The notes under the pieces were generated by a model. The model saw only the letters and a program-made list of their open reading frames with translations. It had not been told where the DNA came from and searched no databases. Of a DNA stretch of 64,000 bases, positions 12,340 to 27,503 are shown one piece after another. The position numbers and the translations under genes were made by a program. Within the stretch, counting starts at the first letter, position 1. Every line of letters begins with the position of its first letter. This stretch comes from Octopus vulgaris (lineage: Eukaryota), in contig OX597826.1 in assembly GCA_951406725.2 (NCBI GenBank), positions 76,756,001 through 76,820,000 on the forward strand, in the 5' to 3' direction.

Positions 12340-14810
12340 TACAGGATTGATATGAATGTTCTCCTCGATACGATTGAAGACTTTCTCGTGCAACAACTCA
12401 TTGCCCGTCCAGTTAGGGGAAGTGACATTTTCAACCTAGTCTTTACTACCAATAAAATCTTCCTACAAAATGTTCGGGTCATTCCACCTGTTATTTATGA
12501 CTGCAACCTTATGCAATTATCTGAATATGGTTCAAAATGGACAACACAAATACCACCAAGCATAACTCGTCCCTCGTGAACTTGAATTTCAGGAAGGCCA
12601 AGTAGGATAAAATCAAAACTGAAACCCTCGAAAAAACAAACTGGTCTCAGCACATTGGCAACCTCAATGTTAACGAAGGAATGATGTTTCTGTACGAAGA
12701 GTTAATCAGGATCTCTTGAAATAATGCACCATATAACACGCCTATTCCGGCAAGATCTTTATTCGTTGCGAATGACAAATACTAATGCGAAACAGAACAA
12801 AGTTAACAAAACAACTAAAAAGGAAAACAAACTTTCTCAATAAAGAGATAAAAATGAGAAATTAAAGAACATTCAATTAGACCTAAAATAAAGAACATTG
12901 AATTAGACCAAAAACTATCCCATAAAAGAAACGCCATTAAAGGAACAGCGAGTAGTAGAAAGCAGAAAATCTAATCCCAATTTCTTTTTCCACGTTTCTA
13001 TACAAAGATCAGCTACGCACAACCAGAAATGGCCCTCTAATCGATCAAAATCTAATGATTTATTACAAATATGCGTACCCTTGAGTCAACGGTAAAACAG
13101 TGCATTTTCCCAACCCATAATTAAAAAGATTGTACGTAATCCAAGCGAAATATCTGATCCTCAAAATTCAAATGCAGAGAGAAGTCTAGAAATTAATGAA
13201 AGATGAAATACAACTATTAAGGATCTAGATTTAAACTCAGTATCTGGCCCAGATGGTCCCCCAGCCAGGCTGTTAAAAACGTGCAAAAATAGACACGCGA
13301 GACCATTAAAAATATTATTCCAAAAGTCACGAGATACCGACACATTCCCAGAACTACTGAAATGCACACTGATAACACAAAGGAAGGTAGCAGAGCTGAA
13401 GCTAAAAATTACGGAACTGTTTCACATCTAAAATTATCGAATGTATTGTCCGAAAAAAAAATAGTTACATAGCTTGAGGAAAACAACCTCTTAGATAACA
13501 CACAACATGGTTTTCGGACTGAGCGAAGTTGCCTGTCACAACTATTATAACACCATAACACTATCTTCAATAACCTCTTGAGAAGAAACGATACTGGGTT
13601 TGTATACTTTCATTTTGCTGAGGAATTTGGCAAGCTAGATCATGGCATCGTTTGCCAAATGTTAAGTGATCTTGGTATCAAAAGAATACTCTGATATTGG
13701 CTCTTTGACTTCCTTTGCGGTAGCAGTGAATCTGTTGCGGCAAATGCTTTTCTCTCCTAAGTCACATGTAATAAGTGGTTTACCTTAGGACACGATTCTA
13801 GGACAATTGTTATTTATCATCATATATCAGGTACAGAGTCACAAGTGTATGGGCCAACCGCACCACTTACGCTGATAACACAAACTATCCAAACTCCAGA
13901 AAATATTGTCACACTCCAAAATGAATTAAACCTCATTTATCAATGGGCAGGAAATAAAAAAAAACCAAATTTAATACATCAGAATTTTAGATTCCTCGTT
14001 TCGGAGGGAATGCACACAAATGCCATTACTTGACACAATAATTCTGAGCACCGATGAAATATGAGACTTGGGAGTAATCAAGCCAAATGATGCATCTTTC
14101 ATCAGCCACATCACCAAACTGACAACTAAGTGCAGATATCTCATAGGATGGGTACTATGAATCTGGCAAGTGAACCGGTATTTATGGTAGCTCTATAAAA
14201 CTACCCCTAATTCTAAGTAGATTTTCTTACTGTTCACAGTTTTGGTCTCCTAACTCTCCTGATCTTCTAGAAGAATTTGAAAGGTTACATAGAAACTTCG
14301 CCAGTAAAATGACTTCGGTTAAAAACCTTAATCCCTGGGACAGTTTGAAAGCTCTGCATCTCTACTCTCTTGAACGCCAATAAGACAGATATACTTATCA
14401 TATACATATGGAAAATACTGGAGGGGCATGTTCCAAACTTTCGAATTAGAGAGAATTTTAATGCATGGACTGGTAGATATTGTCAGCTTCCAAATATACC
14501 GCCTTCGAAATCACGAGCAAAAACACTATTGTACCAGTCTGATATTTAGAAGTTCTTAACTGTAAGCGTTCAACTGTCTATCAGAAGAAATCCGAAATAG
14601 AAATGAAATAAAAAGAAAACGCAAACAAAAACAAAACGTTGGATAAACCTCTAACAAATATATGGGACCAGCTAAGCGTTCTAGGGAACCCTCAGGGAAG
14701 ATCAACTGCTGCAAAGTCAATCACAGACCAAATTCTATCTATAAAGAGATAATAAAACTGATAGAAAAAAAAATTAAGGGGGTGCTCCAGCATGACCGCA
14801 GCAGTCATAC
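12340..14810 (+). mobile_element. Decayed CR1-group LINE ORF2 (end of APE endonuclease + RT + C-terminus) and 3' end
   Basis: Motifs in the expected order, with stops and frameshifts: QQLIARPVRGSDIFNLVFT (~12390), GPDG (~13245), QHGFRTERSCLSQLL (~13503), VYFHFAEEFGKLDH (~13602), SGLP*DTILGQLLF (~13774), YADNT (~13868), LHLYSLER...IYIWKILEGHVPNF (~14355-14440). Confidence 0.85.
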
Positions 14811-15027
14811 TGGAGTGACATTCCTCTCAGTTTCGTTGCCTCAATTTTCTCAGTTTTGAAACCATTAAAAAAAATAAAAGAAAAGAATGTAAAAATTCTA
14901 TGGTGTGATTTGCTCCATTCTAGTTTGATTAATGTTGTTTATTTTGCTGGCGACCACAAATGGAATCGATTCTCTGTAAGATGTTTGCGCTTTTATAATA
15001 GAAAGAAACAACTAATGAATGACAGCC

Positions 15028-15066
15028 ATATACATACATACATACATACATACATACATACATACA

Positions 15067-15098
<32 letters not shown>

Positions 15099-15118
15099 CA
15101 TACATACATACATGCATG

Positions 15119-15150
<32 letters not shown>

Positions 15151-15542
15151 CATACATACATACATGTATGCATGCATGCATGCACGCATGCATACATACA
15201 TACATACATACATAAATGCATGCATACATACATGCATGTATACATAAATAAATACATACATATATAAATACATACATACAGGCATGTATGCATAAATGCA
15301 TACATACATAGATGCATACATAGATGCATACATAGATGCATATATGCGTGTATGCATATATGCATACATAATACATACATAATACATACATGCAAACATA
15401 CATACATGCATATATAAATGCATAAGTGCATACATACATACATACATGCATACATACAGACATACATACATACATACATACATACATACATACATACATA
15501 CATACATACATACATACATACATACATACATACATACATACA

Positions 15543-15576
<34 letters not shown>

Positions 15577-15614
15577 CATACATACATACATATATACATA
15601 CATACATACATACA

Positions 15615-15648
<34 letters not shown>

Positions 15649-15702
15649 CATACATACATACATACATACATACATACATACATACATACATACATACATA
15701 CA

Positions 15703-15736
<34 letters not shown>

Positions 15737-15764
15737 CATACATACATGTATGCATGCATACATA
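15028..15764. repeat. ~740-bp (TACA)n microsatellite
   Basis: Seen directly; it is the source of the long MYVC/HTYI ORFs. Confidence 0.95.
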
Positions 15765-16945
15765 CTTAACTGCTTTAGTTAGAACAATGCCGTTACAACA
15801 ATGCTTTTGAGTAGAATAATTAACTGCAAAGCTAACCGAAATTTGAAATGCTAGCCTCCACTTGCATTGCATTCGATTCTGACAGAAGAATTCCGATACG
15901 ACAATACGACAATACATATTCTTTCGCTTGTTGAGATTCATTTCCGTTTCCTCTCTTACTGTTCTATTTCTCAGCAAATGTTTTCGTTGAGGGCGTTATT
16001 TAGTAATTTCCGTTTCAACGACAGTCTTATATGCGGTCGACAAGCACCTGTCGTTCTAGCAAAGCTATCTGCCAGTATCTTTGTCACGTCAATTGTTTCT
16101 TATACAGCTGCAACCATGTGTCCGTTTTCATATTGTTTTTCAGATTCTCTACCATCCCTCGCTCTTCCCATTCACTCCTCGCATAAACACTCTTATCCAT
16201 CATACCTTTTTTTCTATCCTTTCTTGATGGTTTTACTCGTTATTTATTTGTTCTTTTAATCATGTCTGTTTTTGTTTTATATATTTTTATTTTGGTTTTC
16301 ATCATATTTCTATGATTTTTTTCATTATTTTTAATTATTTCTTTCTGTTATTTATTATTTTCCATTTTATACATTCATTGTATATTTTATTACAGCAAAA
16401 GTATTGATTGGTTGATGACAAGTGTATATAGAACACCGGAGTGAATTTCATCATCCAGTTTCGTTCACTCAATTTTTTCATTTTCGAAACATATCCACCA
16501 AGACCTCTTCTTTTCTTCGTCTGATATCAATAAAATACTGAGCACCTCAAATGGTACTTTTGAGACAAGGGGATCATTCAATAAGTACCAAAATAATTTT
16601 CTATCCAAAACTGCCTTTGTACTTATTGATAAACTACAAAGTTGACCTGCGCGCTGTCTTTCTTTGCCAATCTAGAAGTGATTTGCTGAATGTCTTTGAC
16701 AAAACGCGATCTTGAATATTGCAATTCCATTCGTCAATTCTTCTCCTGCAGACATCAGCGAACATCTAGAATTAACAGCTTCCATATAGATAGATGCATA
16801 CATACATACATACTTAGAAAGACAGGCAGACAGACAGACAGACAGACAGACAGGTAGATATTTATGAAACAGATAGGTATCATTCGAAAGCTACAAGGTA
16901 AGGAAGCGCAAGTGGCGTATAATGTGTATTGTATAATATATATCA

Positions 16946-17000
<55 letters not shown>

Positions 17001-17028
17001 TATCTCTGCATCCGTATACACACACATA

Positions 17029-17096
<68 letters not shown>

Positions 17097-17162
17097 GTGG
17101 TGCTATTAAGTTAGACATGGCCTGGGCCAATAATGGCCGAAACCTATATAAGTATCAAAGTA

Positions 17163-17253
<91 letters not shown>

Positions 17254-17990
17254 GCAAAGATACACAAATGCACATATACATTCACACAGTAAATATATAA
17301 TGCAGCTCAATGGTTTTTACTCCGCCAAAGCTGTCTCTGCCTTGTACCTCATACACACAACTATATATCTGTCTCTTCATCTCGCACCATTTCTGGTGGA
17401 TCCAAGCCAAATCTGCTCTGAATTGACACATCTATGCAAACCGCCATCGTCAGAGTATACAGCCACCAGGTATCTCCTCCCCACCATCTTGCTTATTTCT
17501 TTTCTGCAGGTGTTGATGTTTAGCAGCAAAAACAAAAAAAAAAAAAAAGAAAAAGTTAGAAGACTTACGCCATCAATCTGACCAGTCAAAACCACCCGAA
17601 GGGGCAATGAGCCCTGCTCCTTTTCACCATATTTACAAAGTAAAGACTATCTGCTCTCTCACCACACGCACAGACTTACGCATACACACAAATGTACACA
17701 GGTATATACACACGTAAATAAACGTATGAAAAGGTAAGGAGGCAGAGACGTAGAGATGGCGATGGGAGAGCAAAGAGATGTTTTATCAAATAAATGAAAG
17801 CCTTAGTATTTTTGTCCTCTTAATCTTCTATCTCAATAAATCTACTTATTAAAATGCACAAAGTTGTCTCTCTTTTTTTTCCTCTCTCAACTCGCGTGGC
17901 ATCCTCTCATTAGGAATGCTTAATCTTAATGTCTTGATATTTCTAAAGATAATAGCCGAAGGCGGAACACCTTGATCTTAGCAGATGCTG

Positions 17991-18032
<42 letters not shown>

Positions 18033-18312
18033 TCTTTTCCTTCAACAAGTAACCTAATTGATAGACGCTCTTTATTAGCATCTCAAAGTAAACACGCATC
18101 CATGTTTATGCATGTTTCTCTGTATACACACAACAAACATGTATACATACACGCATCTTACATATGCATATATGTATGAATATATATACACACACACACA
18201 CATATATATATATATTGCATATTTATATATATGTAGATATGTATATATATGCATATATATACATATACATACATATATATTTATTTATTTATCTATTTGT
18301 ATACTCTCACTC

Positions 18313-18414
<102 letters not shown>

Positions 18415-18556
18415 TGTGCATGCTGTCGATGTAAATCTGCATTTATTTGAATACACGAATAGACATGTCTATATATTTACATATATGCACATATATATAT
18501 ATATACATACATATATACATACATACATACATACATACATACATACATACATACAT

Positions 18557-18588
<32 letters not shown>

Positions 18589-18844
18589 CTATATCGGATG
18601 AACATGAATTTCTTCCTTGGATTTTTAATGTCTTTTCTTCATATTTAACTTTCGAATTTTTTTGAAGAAGCCGTATCGGTTTGTATAGTTTGTATGTAAA
18701 TAATCAGTCTAGGACTTAACTTTTTCAACAAAGTTCAACAAATTTATTTATATTAATGAAATGAAGGAGATTTTAATATCCAAACTCATTTCATTACTAC
18801 GAATAAATTTATTGAACATTGTTCAATAAGTGAGTAATACGCTG

Positions 18845-18877
<33 letters not shown>

Positions 18878-18902
18878 CATATACACATATATACATATAT
18901 AC

Positions 18903-18959
<57 letters not shown>

Positions 18960-18977
18960 CATATATACATATATGCC

Positions 18978-19287
<310 letters not shown>

Positions 19288-19314
19288 TATATGATAGATC
19301 GTTAGCTACTACAC

Positions 19315-19463
19315 ACATTTTTCTCTCTCCTTGTTTCTTTCTGTGGAAGAGCGTAGGCTCGAAATTTTAAAGTCTTTTTCACTTCCAGAGCGTTGTACTA
19401 ATGCATCTGTTTGTTTTCTACACCACCTGTCTTCGTCTTTTGTTTCTTCCGTGAATTTTCCCT
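19315..19463 (+). mobile_element. Short non-autonomous element with degenerate hammerhead motif, ending at (TA)n
   Basis: cttt CTGTGGA a gagc gtag gctc GAAA tttt aaag (19337-19372), plus the shared downstream cacctgtcttcgtcttttg. Confidence 0.6.
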
Positions 19464-19509
19464 TTATATATATATATATATATATACACACGCACTTGTG
19501 CATGTGTCT

Positions 19510-19690
19510 GCGTGAGTTCTGTGTTGGTATTTGTCTCTCAGTGCCTGACAACCGATGTTAGATTGTTTACATCTGTATGAGTTAACAAGTCGTCGAATTG
19601 TACTTCAAATATTACTATGTCTGATTTCAATTTCTAAACCTTTTAGCGCGGTGTCTCAGCATGGCTGCAGTTCAGTGACTGACACAAGTT
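19510..19690 (+). mobile_element. SINE family B, degenerate 3' half
   Basis: tgacaaccgatg...gcggtgtctcagcatggctgcagttcagtgactgacacaag. Confidence 0.6.
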
Positions 19691-19785
19691 CATATGGAAA
19701 TATACATACATCCGTACACATATACATACACAATACGTAAATTCAGTTTGTTTTGTAAATGTTTGCGTATGTGTGTATGTGTGTG

Positions 19786-19834
<49 letters not shown>

Positions 19835-20185
19835 TGTGTGTAGCTTTAATTTACAGAAAGCAAAAGACGAAGACAAGTAAAGTAGCAAGAAGTAGCAAGA
19901 ATGGAAATCTTCTACAAACAAATTCACTGCAGTTAAAGTGTGGGAAAACATCTCGCTTATAGTAAAATATGTACAGACTCTCCTCTCTGCACCACGGTAA
20001 GTGCAGTGAATTTGCCTGTAGAAGATAACATATGAAACACACATATCTTAGCTAACACTAAAGTACACACAATCATACACACACACACGCACACACACAC
20101 AGAAACACACTTTCACACGCACACTCATACACACACGCCAATATATATATATATATATATATTTACATAAATATTTATACATATA

Positions 20186-20552
20186 CTAGCAATATCGCCC
20201 GGCGTTGCTCGGGTTTGTAAGGGAAATAACTATATAAGCATTTTTAGAGATGTAAAGTATAATAGCCATCTCAATATGGCTTTTTACGTTCTGAGATTTA
20301 ATAATAAATTTTTAGAGAGTTACTTCCCTTATATATGCCAAAAATGCATTAAAAATGGGAAAAATTGATGGTAATTTTTTTTTTAAATCGTAGACTCATC
20401 GTAGACGCGCGCTAATACCCAGAAGGGCTCGATATGAATCACGACTATAAGATACCCGGTTTTAGTTAAACTGCACCGCAAAATGTGGGAGTAGTTAGGA
20501 ATCTAAATCGTAGGAGACAGACAGCACACAACCTCACTTTTATATATAAAGA
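20186..20552 (-). mobile_element. Complete non-autonomous Helitron
   Basis: Minus strand begins a|TCTTTATATATAAAAG and ends with hairpin cccgagcaacgccggg + cgatattgCTAG|t. Inserted between A and T with no TSD. Confidence 0.85.
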
Positions 20553-20979
20553 TATGAGGTCTATATCATACGTATTTATAAACGGTTTTGTAACATTACG
20601 TCGGGGGATTAATTTTCAACATGGATTTCTTTTAATCCGAAGAACTTGCTTCATATCTACATTAATATAAAGATTGTTTATATCAATACAGACATGTAAG
20701 TGATTTATTACTTATTATAAAACATAATACTATAAATTATGTATACATGCTTTATTAAGCTGTGAAACAATTGTTAAATAAGAATTTCGAATGGTTTTTC
20801 TGTTTTATCGTACAAAATATTTTATGTGTTGTAGAATGGTATATTAGGAGCTTTCTTCGGGAGTACTAGTGGATTAATTGACTTAAAATTACACACACAC
20901 AGACAAACACAAATATATGCATGATATATATATATTTATTTATGCGTATCCATCTAGTAATTTATTTAATAAAGTTATA

Positions 20980-21030
<51 letters not shown>

Positions 21031-21037
<7 letters not shown>

Positions 21038-21143
21038 ACAAAAGGTGAAGACAGGTGTATGAACTACGAGCAAGCAAGTGTATTAGTTTGACCACTCGGA
21101 AAAAAATGAAACGGTTTTTTACGTTTCGAGCTAGGCCCTTCAC
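21031..21143 (-). mobile_element. 5'-truncated copy of the hammerhead-bearing short element
   Basis: Minus strand reads tga a gggc cta gctc GAAA cg TA aaaa...catacacctgtcttcaccttttg, then (TA)n. Confidence 0.6.
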
Positions 21144-21216
21144 ACACACTTACGCACACACACAAACACCCACATACACACACATATACATACATTCACA
21201 CACAAGTATAGATGGG

Positions 21217-21282
<66 letters not shown>

Positions 21283-21794
21283 GCATAGATATATATGAAG
21301 GACCTGCCTTAATACCAGTAAATTAAACGTAAAATGTTCTTTCTGTGGAATGTCATTAATTAGTGAGCAATATTTTAATTAGCTACATGACATGTTATAC
21401 TCACTTATTAATTTTTTGTCAGCCAGGTGATATACACTAACAGTTTCAAATACGAGAAAAAAAAACTAGATTTAAAATATCCACATTTTATTTCATTAAA
21501 CCTTATTAGATGCCCTAAGGTGGGGAATTGAGCATACGCCCTGTCATCTTTGACCTCCACTGCTGGGTTTACATCTTTCCTATTATTTTCTTCTGCAATA
21601 ATTCTTTTTTGCTACGCATTAATATATTGCCCTTTGATATTTTGTAATTATTTTTCTTTCCATCATTCAATCATATCATTTTCGTTTCCAAAGGGTCACC
21701 TGCTAATTTTAATAGCACAATACAGATATTCTCCCAGAGGAAAGATGTATTGATAAGTAAATAGATAGATGTCTATAAGTAAAGCTTTTCATTC

Positions 21795-21840
<46 letters not shown>

Positions 21841-21863
21841 ATATATTTAATATAAATATATAT

Positions 21864-21913
<50 letters not shown>

Positions 21914-22044
21914 TCGTGTGTATGTGTACATAAAATATATACATATATACATATATATGTGTGTGTGTATATATAATATATACAAATATATATACGTATA
22001 TATATATAAACATATGTATATATATGTATATACATCTCTCCCTT

Positions 22045-22114
<70 letters not shown>

Positions 22115-23269
22115 GTATGTATATATGTATGTACATATAATCTGGTGTGTGGTTTGTTTATGACGTTCGGATATGAGGACCTGTATGTGTGAATGCCGTC
22201 TCTAAACACACGACTGGCAATAATCTGTTACAGATTCTTGTATGGCTGAATATCATTCCTTAAATATGTGACAATTCTTCTTTTCTTTGTAATTCAATAT
22301 GTACGCATGTGCGTGAACAAAAATTATATGTGTGTTCGTGTGTGTATGTGTGTGTGTGTATGCGTGTATTTGTATACAGTTTTGCTCTTATTATTTGATT
22401 TTTTTTTCTTTAAAGACTAACAGTTCTTCAGAATTTCACCATCAATAACATCCTAGTTTCCTATTTTTCATAACTTACCGTTTCTATAATCTGCCTCTGC
22501 TTCCTCACCTCTTAATCTCTCAATGTCTTCATTTTACTCTCTTCTAATTAAAAAAATAAATTCTCCTATCTTTCTTTGACACAAATAAATCCAGATGCAG
22601 GTTTTAATATGTCTTGTATTTTAGCAGTTACTTCTTTTTGCGACAGGTCATAATTTCATATACCATCACAATGAATGACGTTAATGGATAGCTTATTGTT
22701 GTTGTTGTAGCTGTTCTTTGTATGAAGAAACACAGTCTGAGATGAAATATATTCAAGTAAGATAGCCTGGAGATATTAGAGAATTTTGTTTGGCGTATGC
22801 CTGTGCGTTGGAAATGCACAAGTGTTGTTTGCGTGTCAGATTGAGTGTGCGAATATTTGCCAATGTAGTAAGGATTTCTGACTTTGACAGCATGCCCTAA
22901 ATTTGAGGCAAGATCGAGTCAGCAATAATGGTTGATTAATACTCACACTAACCTTATTAACACCGGATGAATGAAAAGAAAGTCGACCTCGCCAGGACTG
23001 CAGCGCAAATCGTACAGAGAAGTAAATCGCTGCCATATGTGTGTGAATATGAAGTGGGATTTCTAGGAGAAAAACATGAAGAAGCAGAGAATCATTTTGG
23101 TCTATCTTCAGGATTTGATTGGTATTCTATAGTCGCCACCGGTATAAAATAAATGTAAAAATTACTTTGGAAGATATTGAACGAAAAATGCAGAAAGATG
23201 AATATCGCATTTTGTTAATTTCTCTACCGATTCTGCTAATAGAGAGTGTATGTCTATATCAGAATGATT

Positions 23270-23450
23270 TCAAAATTTAGGCTCAGGGTCGGCAATTTCG
23301 TCTCCAGTACTTGGCTGGTTGTCTTATTTTATCGACCTTGAAATGATAAAAGTGAAAGCTGATTCCGATGGATTTTAATTCAGAACATAAAAGGTAGAGA
23401 TTAAATATCGTTACAAATGCTTGTTTGATGCTCTAATGTTTCTGCTAATG
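23270..23450 (-). mobile_element. SINE family A, old degenerate copy
   Basis: tttatcgaccttgaaatgataaaagtgaaagctgattccgatgggattttaattcagaacataaa. Confidence 0.55.
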
Positions 23451-23706
23451 TGTAAGAAAGTGGGATACTATACAGTTGATTGTAGCATAATTTTAACAAA
23501 TATAGTAAAAGCCTAAAAACAAAAGTTCATATTGTCTCGAGTGGCGAACTGGACCAGCGTTGGACAAAGGACGACCATTTGAAGAGACCCTGTCTGTTAT
23601 GGGGATTCCTATCTGTAAATTTCAGTTTGATATTTTAATGTGATTTCGTAGATTCTATCCAAAGAACATAAGATCCATTTTAAGAGGGACAAAAGGAATG
23701 GTTATA

Positions 23707-23943
23707 GGAAAATTCACCGTAGACATTTTCACTGTAAGAAATTCTTCCCTAGACGAGGCACACAAGAAAACTGTAAACTAGACAACTCACCTTAAAGAAA
23801 TTACCTTTCCCTAATAGGCAGGTTAGTTAATGACACTGACGTTTTAAGAAAATAGCTAATCATTTCTTTTTTTTTTTTTTTTGCAATATCTTTTTTTTTA
23901 CGGTATATTTTTCTAAGGCAAAAATGTCTGCGGCGAATTTTCC
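23707..23943. mobile_element. MITE-like element with imperfect ~35-bp terminal inverted repeats
   Basis: Left end ggaaaattcaccgtagacattttc; reverse complement of right end ggaaaattcgccgcagacattttt. Confidence 0.6.
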
Positions 23944-24752
23944 GGACACAGAAAAGAACAGTAAAGGGCAGTTGAGTTGAACAGACAAAAGTTAGGCAAG
24001 AGGTTGTGTTTATAAGATGTCACATGTCAATGGAGGTTTGCCCACTGGAATTCGATGACCTTTCACGAAGTACAGCCCTGTCATTGCCTCTCGCGTAGAA
24101 GAGTTTCTTTTCAGAGATACGAAATGGTGTGATTTAGAATTAGGATTTGAGGTCGAACAATATAGCATAATATAGTCTGAAATGATATAGAAAAAAGATA
24201 GACTCAAAGTTGTCTTTGAAAAACTACTACAGAAATATGGCTAAGAGAGTATGGGCAGTAGTACAGCACCACTGGCGGCCAGTGACCCTGAAGATTCATC
24301 TGCAATTGAGACAGGCTTTCCTAACATCGTAGTTGATAATATGTTTGAATTTTTTTTTTGGACAAGTTTTTTCAGAGCTGTTCAAAAGTCCTCATGACTC
24401 AGAATTAAAGGCCTTAATGAGGCCAATGTAGTGGAATAATGAAGATAGATATTTGCCGATGTATTTCACTTGTAGTGGACAAGCGGAGAATTCCGTGTTG
24501 AATTCCTCATCCAGTGCGAAACCTGAGAATAAGAAGGAAAGCTATCTAAACATATTGACTGCTTCTATCCAGAATATTACTACTCACTATCTCCCTTACA
24601 ACAGTGAGAATTACCGTTTTGTCTGTACTGCTGGCAGAATTATTACCGAGGTCGATAAAATAATACCAGTTGAATACTGGAGTCCACGTTATTGACTAGC
24701 ACCATCCCCAAAACGTCACATCTTGTGCCTGTTATTATTATTATTAAGCATA

Positions 24753-25260
24753 CTAGCTGAAATACCGCCCTCCAGGCGGTTTTCTGCAAGTAAGGAGTAT
24801 TCTAATTTGTATTGTTGCATTCATTAGAAATCAAATTAATTGTTGATGTTCCTCCTGTCAGTGACTGTTGCTTTCATAGAAAGATTAGGAGTCATTTCAA
24901 ATTCCTCCCAGTTATGTGTAAAGAAGAACAAAGGCCACGTCAATGTGTCAGTCCTTAGCATATTTTTAATCATTTCATTAGGCTCCATATCAACATTTCT
25001 AGAGAAAAAAGTTCACCGACAATATATTCAAACGCAGTATGATGCTGTTATACATTTTATCTAATCAATGTTTGGAGCGGAAGGGAATGGGTAACCCGTG
25101 CCCTTGATTCAGATGCCTGGAGTTCTGGAGTCTTTTGACTTGAGTCCATTCTGTTGCAATAATCAAAGCAGGCTTCAGGTTGCGATGACATATCTCCCTT
25201 TCCATCCCATGAATCTCATAGGCTTTGAAAAAGGGATACTGAGGCTGCCCTTTCTCGTTT
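24753..25260 (-). mobile_element. Helitron 3' end with possible decayed Pif1-like helicase remnant
   Basis: Minus-strand hairpin accgcc-tggag-ggcggt followed by atttcagCTAG|t. Upstream, frameshifted RNLKP..CN..VKRLQN loosely resembles RNLxPxxGLCNGTRL. Confidence 0.55.
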
Positions 25261-25459
25261 TAAAAACTCCTGGTAGAATCAGAGACATAATCTGTTTGCA
25301 ATAAAGATTTGAGCTTATAATGTAAAGAGATGAAACTCTATTCACCATGAAACAAATAGTCTAGTGCAGGGTTATGAATTTATCAGGAGACAGTTATAGT
25401 TAATTAAATAAACTCTAGGGAATGAATGATACTCATTTGATGAACATTGGTGCGAGAAA

Positions 25460-26365
25460 TTGATAAACCGGTTCTGGCAGGATTTCGACATTATTATGTC
25501 GAGGTATGAATCTAAATGTAGAAAATGGATTTGCTGTCTTTATTTGTCTATATTATATGACTATTCAGTCAGTGCAAAATCTGGATAACATAATACAAAA
25601 TAAACTTCCAATACCAATTCGATACTGAAAACGGACTTCACAAAGTACAGACCAAAGACTATGTTGGTGTAAAGTATTTTATGTCAGACTATGGATTGGT
25701 GTATGGTTAGAATTGTAGGCCGTTGATGAACAATTAAGTTTCTACTTAATATTATTTAACGATTAAATCTAAAGAAAGAGGTCAGATTGAACAATGGCAA
25801 CAAAATAAACATCACAGCTTTCATCTAAAACCCAGGTGGTGATAGGAAACCACCTCACAACAGGAGCGTTCTTTCCAAACGGATTACAGAGAATTTTGGT
25901 TTACAAAAATCAGTCGCAAACCTTTGGTTAACCTATGACATTGAAGAACACACTTTACCAAAGTGCACAGGGTACTTTCTAATCAATCCTAAAACTACGC
26001 ATGTGTGAAGTGAACCTCTTGACAAATTCAAAGAATATATACACTTGAATTTTTTCTTCTATCATTTTCAGGCCACGAAAGGAATTATATGAACACGCCG
26101 CTTACTCCACAACTATTTCAGATCGGATTAGAACCAGAAACCAGATTGGTTTCGTTAAGTGCTTAGTATCTGAGCAGGTGATGCAACACAAAGGAATTTG
26201 GAGGATACAAGCCATTGATTATTGGATAATCCATTATTCTATCTGAGAGATTAATTTTCACCTCATCCTGGGTATATTTCTCTGTAAAATCTTTAAAACA
26301 GAAGTCTTATTCATACTTTCTCCTTTTCTCTAACTACTGTTTCCGTGGGGGACATTGCAGGATTT
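25460..26365 (+). pseudogene. Possible heavily decayed piggyBac-like transposase, interrupted by a degenerate SINE B (~25850-26030)
   Basis: Short motifs in piggyBac order across frames: IMSR (~25494), LDN, LHKV, VDEQL (~25722), GY..LDN (~26202-26230), GTL (~26348). Confidence 0.35.
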
Positions 26366-26543
26366 GCAAGAACCTTAATTTACTGCTTTCAGATTAGTAC
26401 AACACAGAATATTCCTGCCTTGCTACAAGCATTTGTAAGTGATAGATCATGCGGCAGATGTTAGCATTTCTAGAATAATTAATTATTTCATATTCCCTAA
26501 AGATGGTCCATAGTATCTTTTATATTTTCATTAATTTCATAAC

Positions 26544-26585
<42 letters not shown>

Positions 26586-26967
26586 AAAGGAAAATACTAT
26601 AAATTCAATCCAACACGTGGGGTACAATGTAGTCTCTTATTTTGTAACACGGAATTGGATTTTCACTTGGTCTATAAATTGATTATTATGAGAATATCAT
26701 TTGATTTGTGCCTCGAGAAGGGCGTATAGGGGGAATTTATAGTATCTCTTTGATAGAGGCTAGGAATTGCATGACCCATTTAACTATTACATCATCGTCA
26801 TTGACAAACAATTAGCGGTAAAACTCTGGAAAATATACATTTTGCTGCAAGATTGAATATACTGAGAAAAATTTATGGCAGATTCATTAAACATGAATCT
26901 ATATCCAACTATATATGATACTATCAGTGTTGCATTTTGTTTCACCTTATCTCATGAACGATACTGA

Positions 26968-27503
26968 CTCTTTCTACCATAGGCACCAGGCCTGGAAGTT
27001 GTGGGAAAGGGACAGGTTCATTACGTCGACCCCAGTGCTTGTAATTTATTTGATTAACCCCCAAATGACTAAAGGTAAAATTGACTTTGGCATGCGAACG
27101 AATGTTTTCTACTCTAGCCACAAGGCCCGAAGTTTTGGTGGGAGGGGGCCAGTCGATTAGATCGACTCCAGTACGCAACTGGTACTTAATTTATCGACCC
27201 CGAAAGGATAAAAAGTAAAGTCGACCGCGGCGGAATTTGATCTCAGAACGTAACGGCAGACGAAATACCTATTTCTTTACTACCTACAAGGGGATAAACA
27301 CAGAGAGGAAAAACAAGGACAGACACCCGGATTAAGTCGATTAGATCGACTCCAGTACGCAACTGGTACTTAATTTAATCGACCCCGAAAGGATGAAAGG
27401 TAAAGTCGGCCTCGGCGGAATTTGAACTCAGAACGTAAAGACCGGCGAAATAGAACTAAGCATTTCGCCCGGCTACCTAACGATTCTGCCAGCTCGCCGC
27501 CTT
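26968..27503 (-). mobile_element. SINE family A dimer plus older partial copy
   Basis: Two cores joined at agacgaaatacctatttctttactac. Confidence 0.85.

Noticed and set aside
14929-15977. Long ORFs of 256-321 aa (MYVC/HTYI repeats)
   Set aside because: Translations of a stop-free (TACA)n microsatellite. The same applies to the YIYI/VCVC/LSLS ORFs throughout the window.
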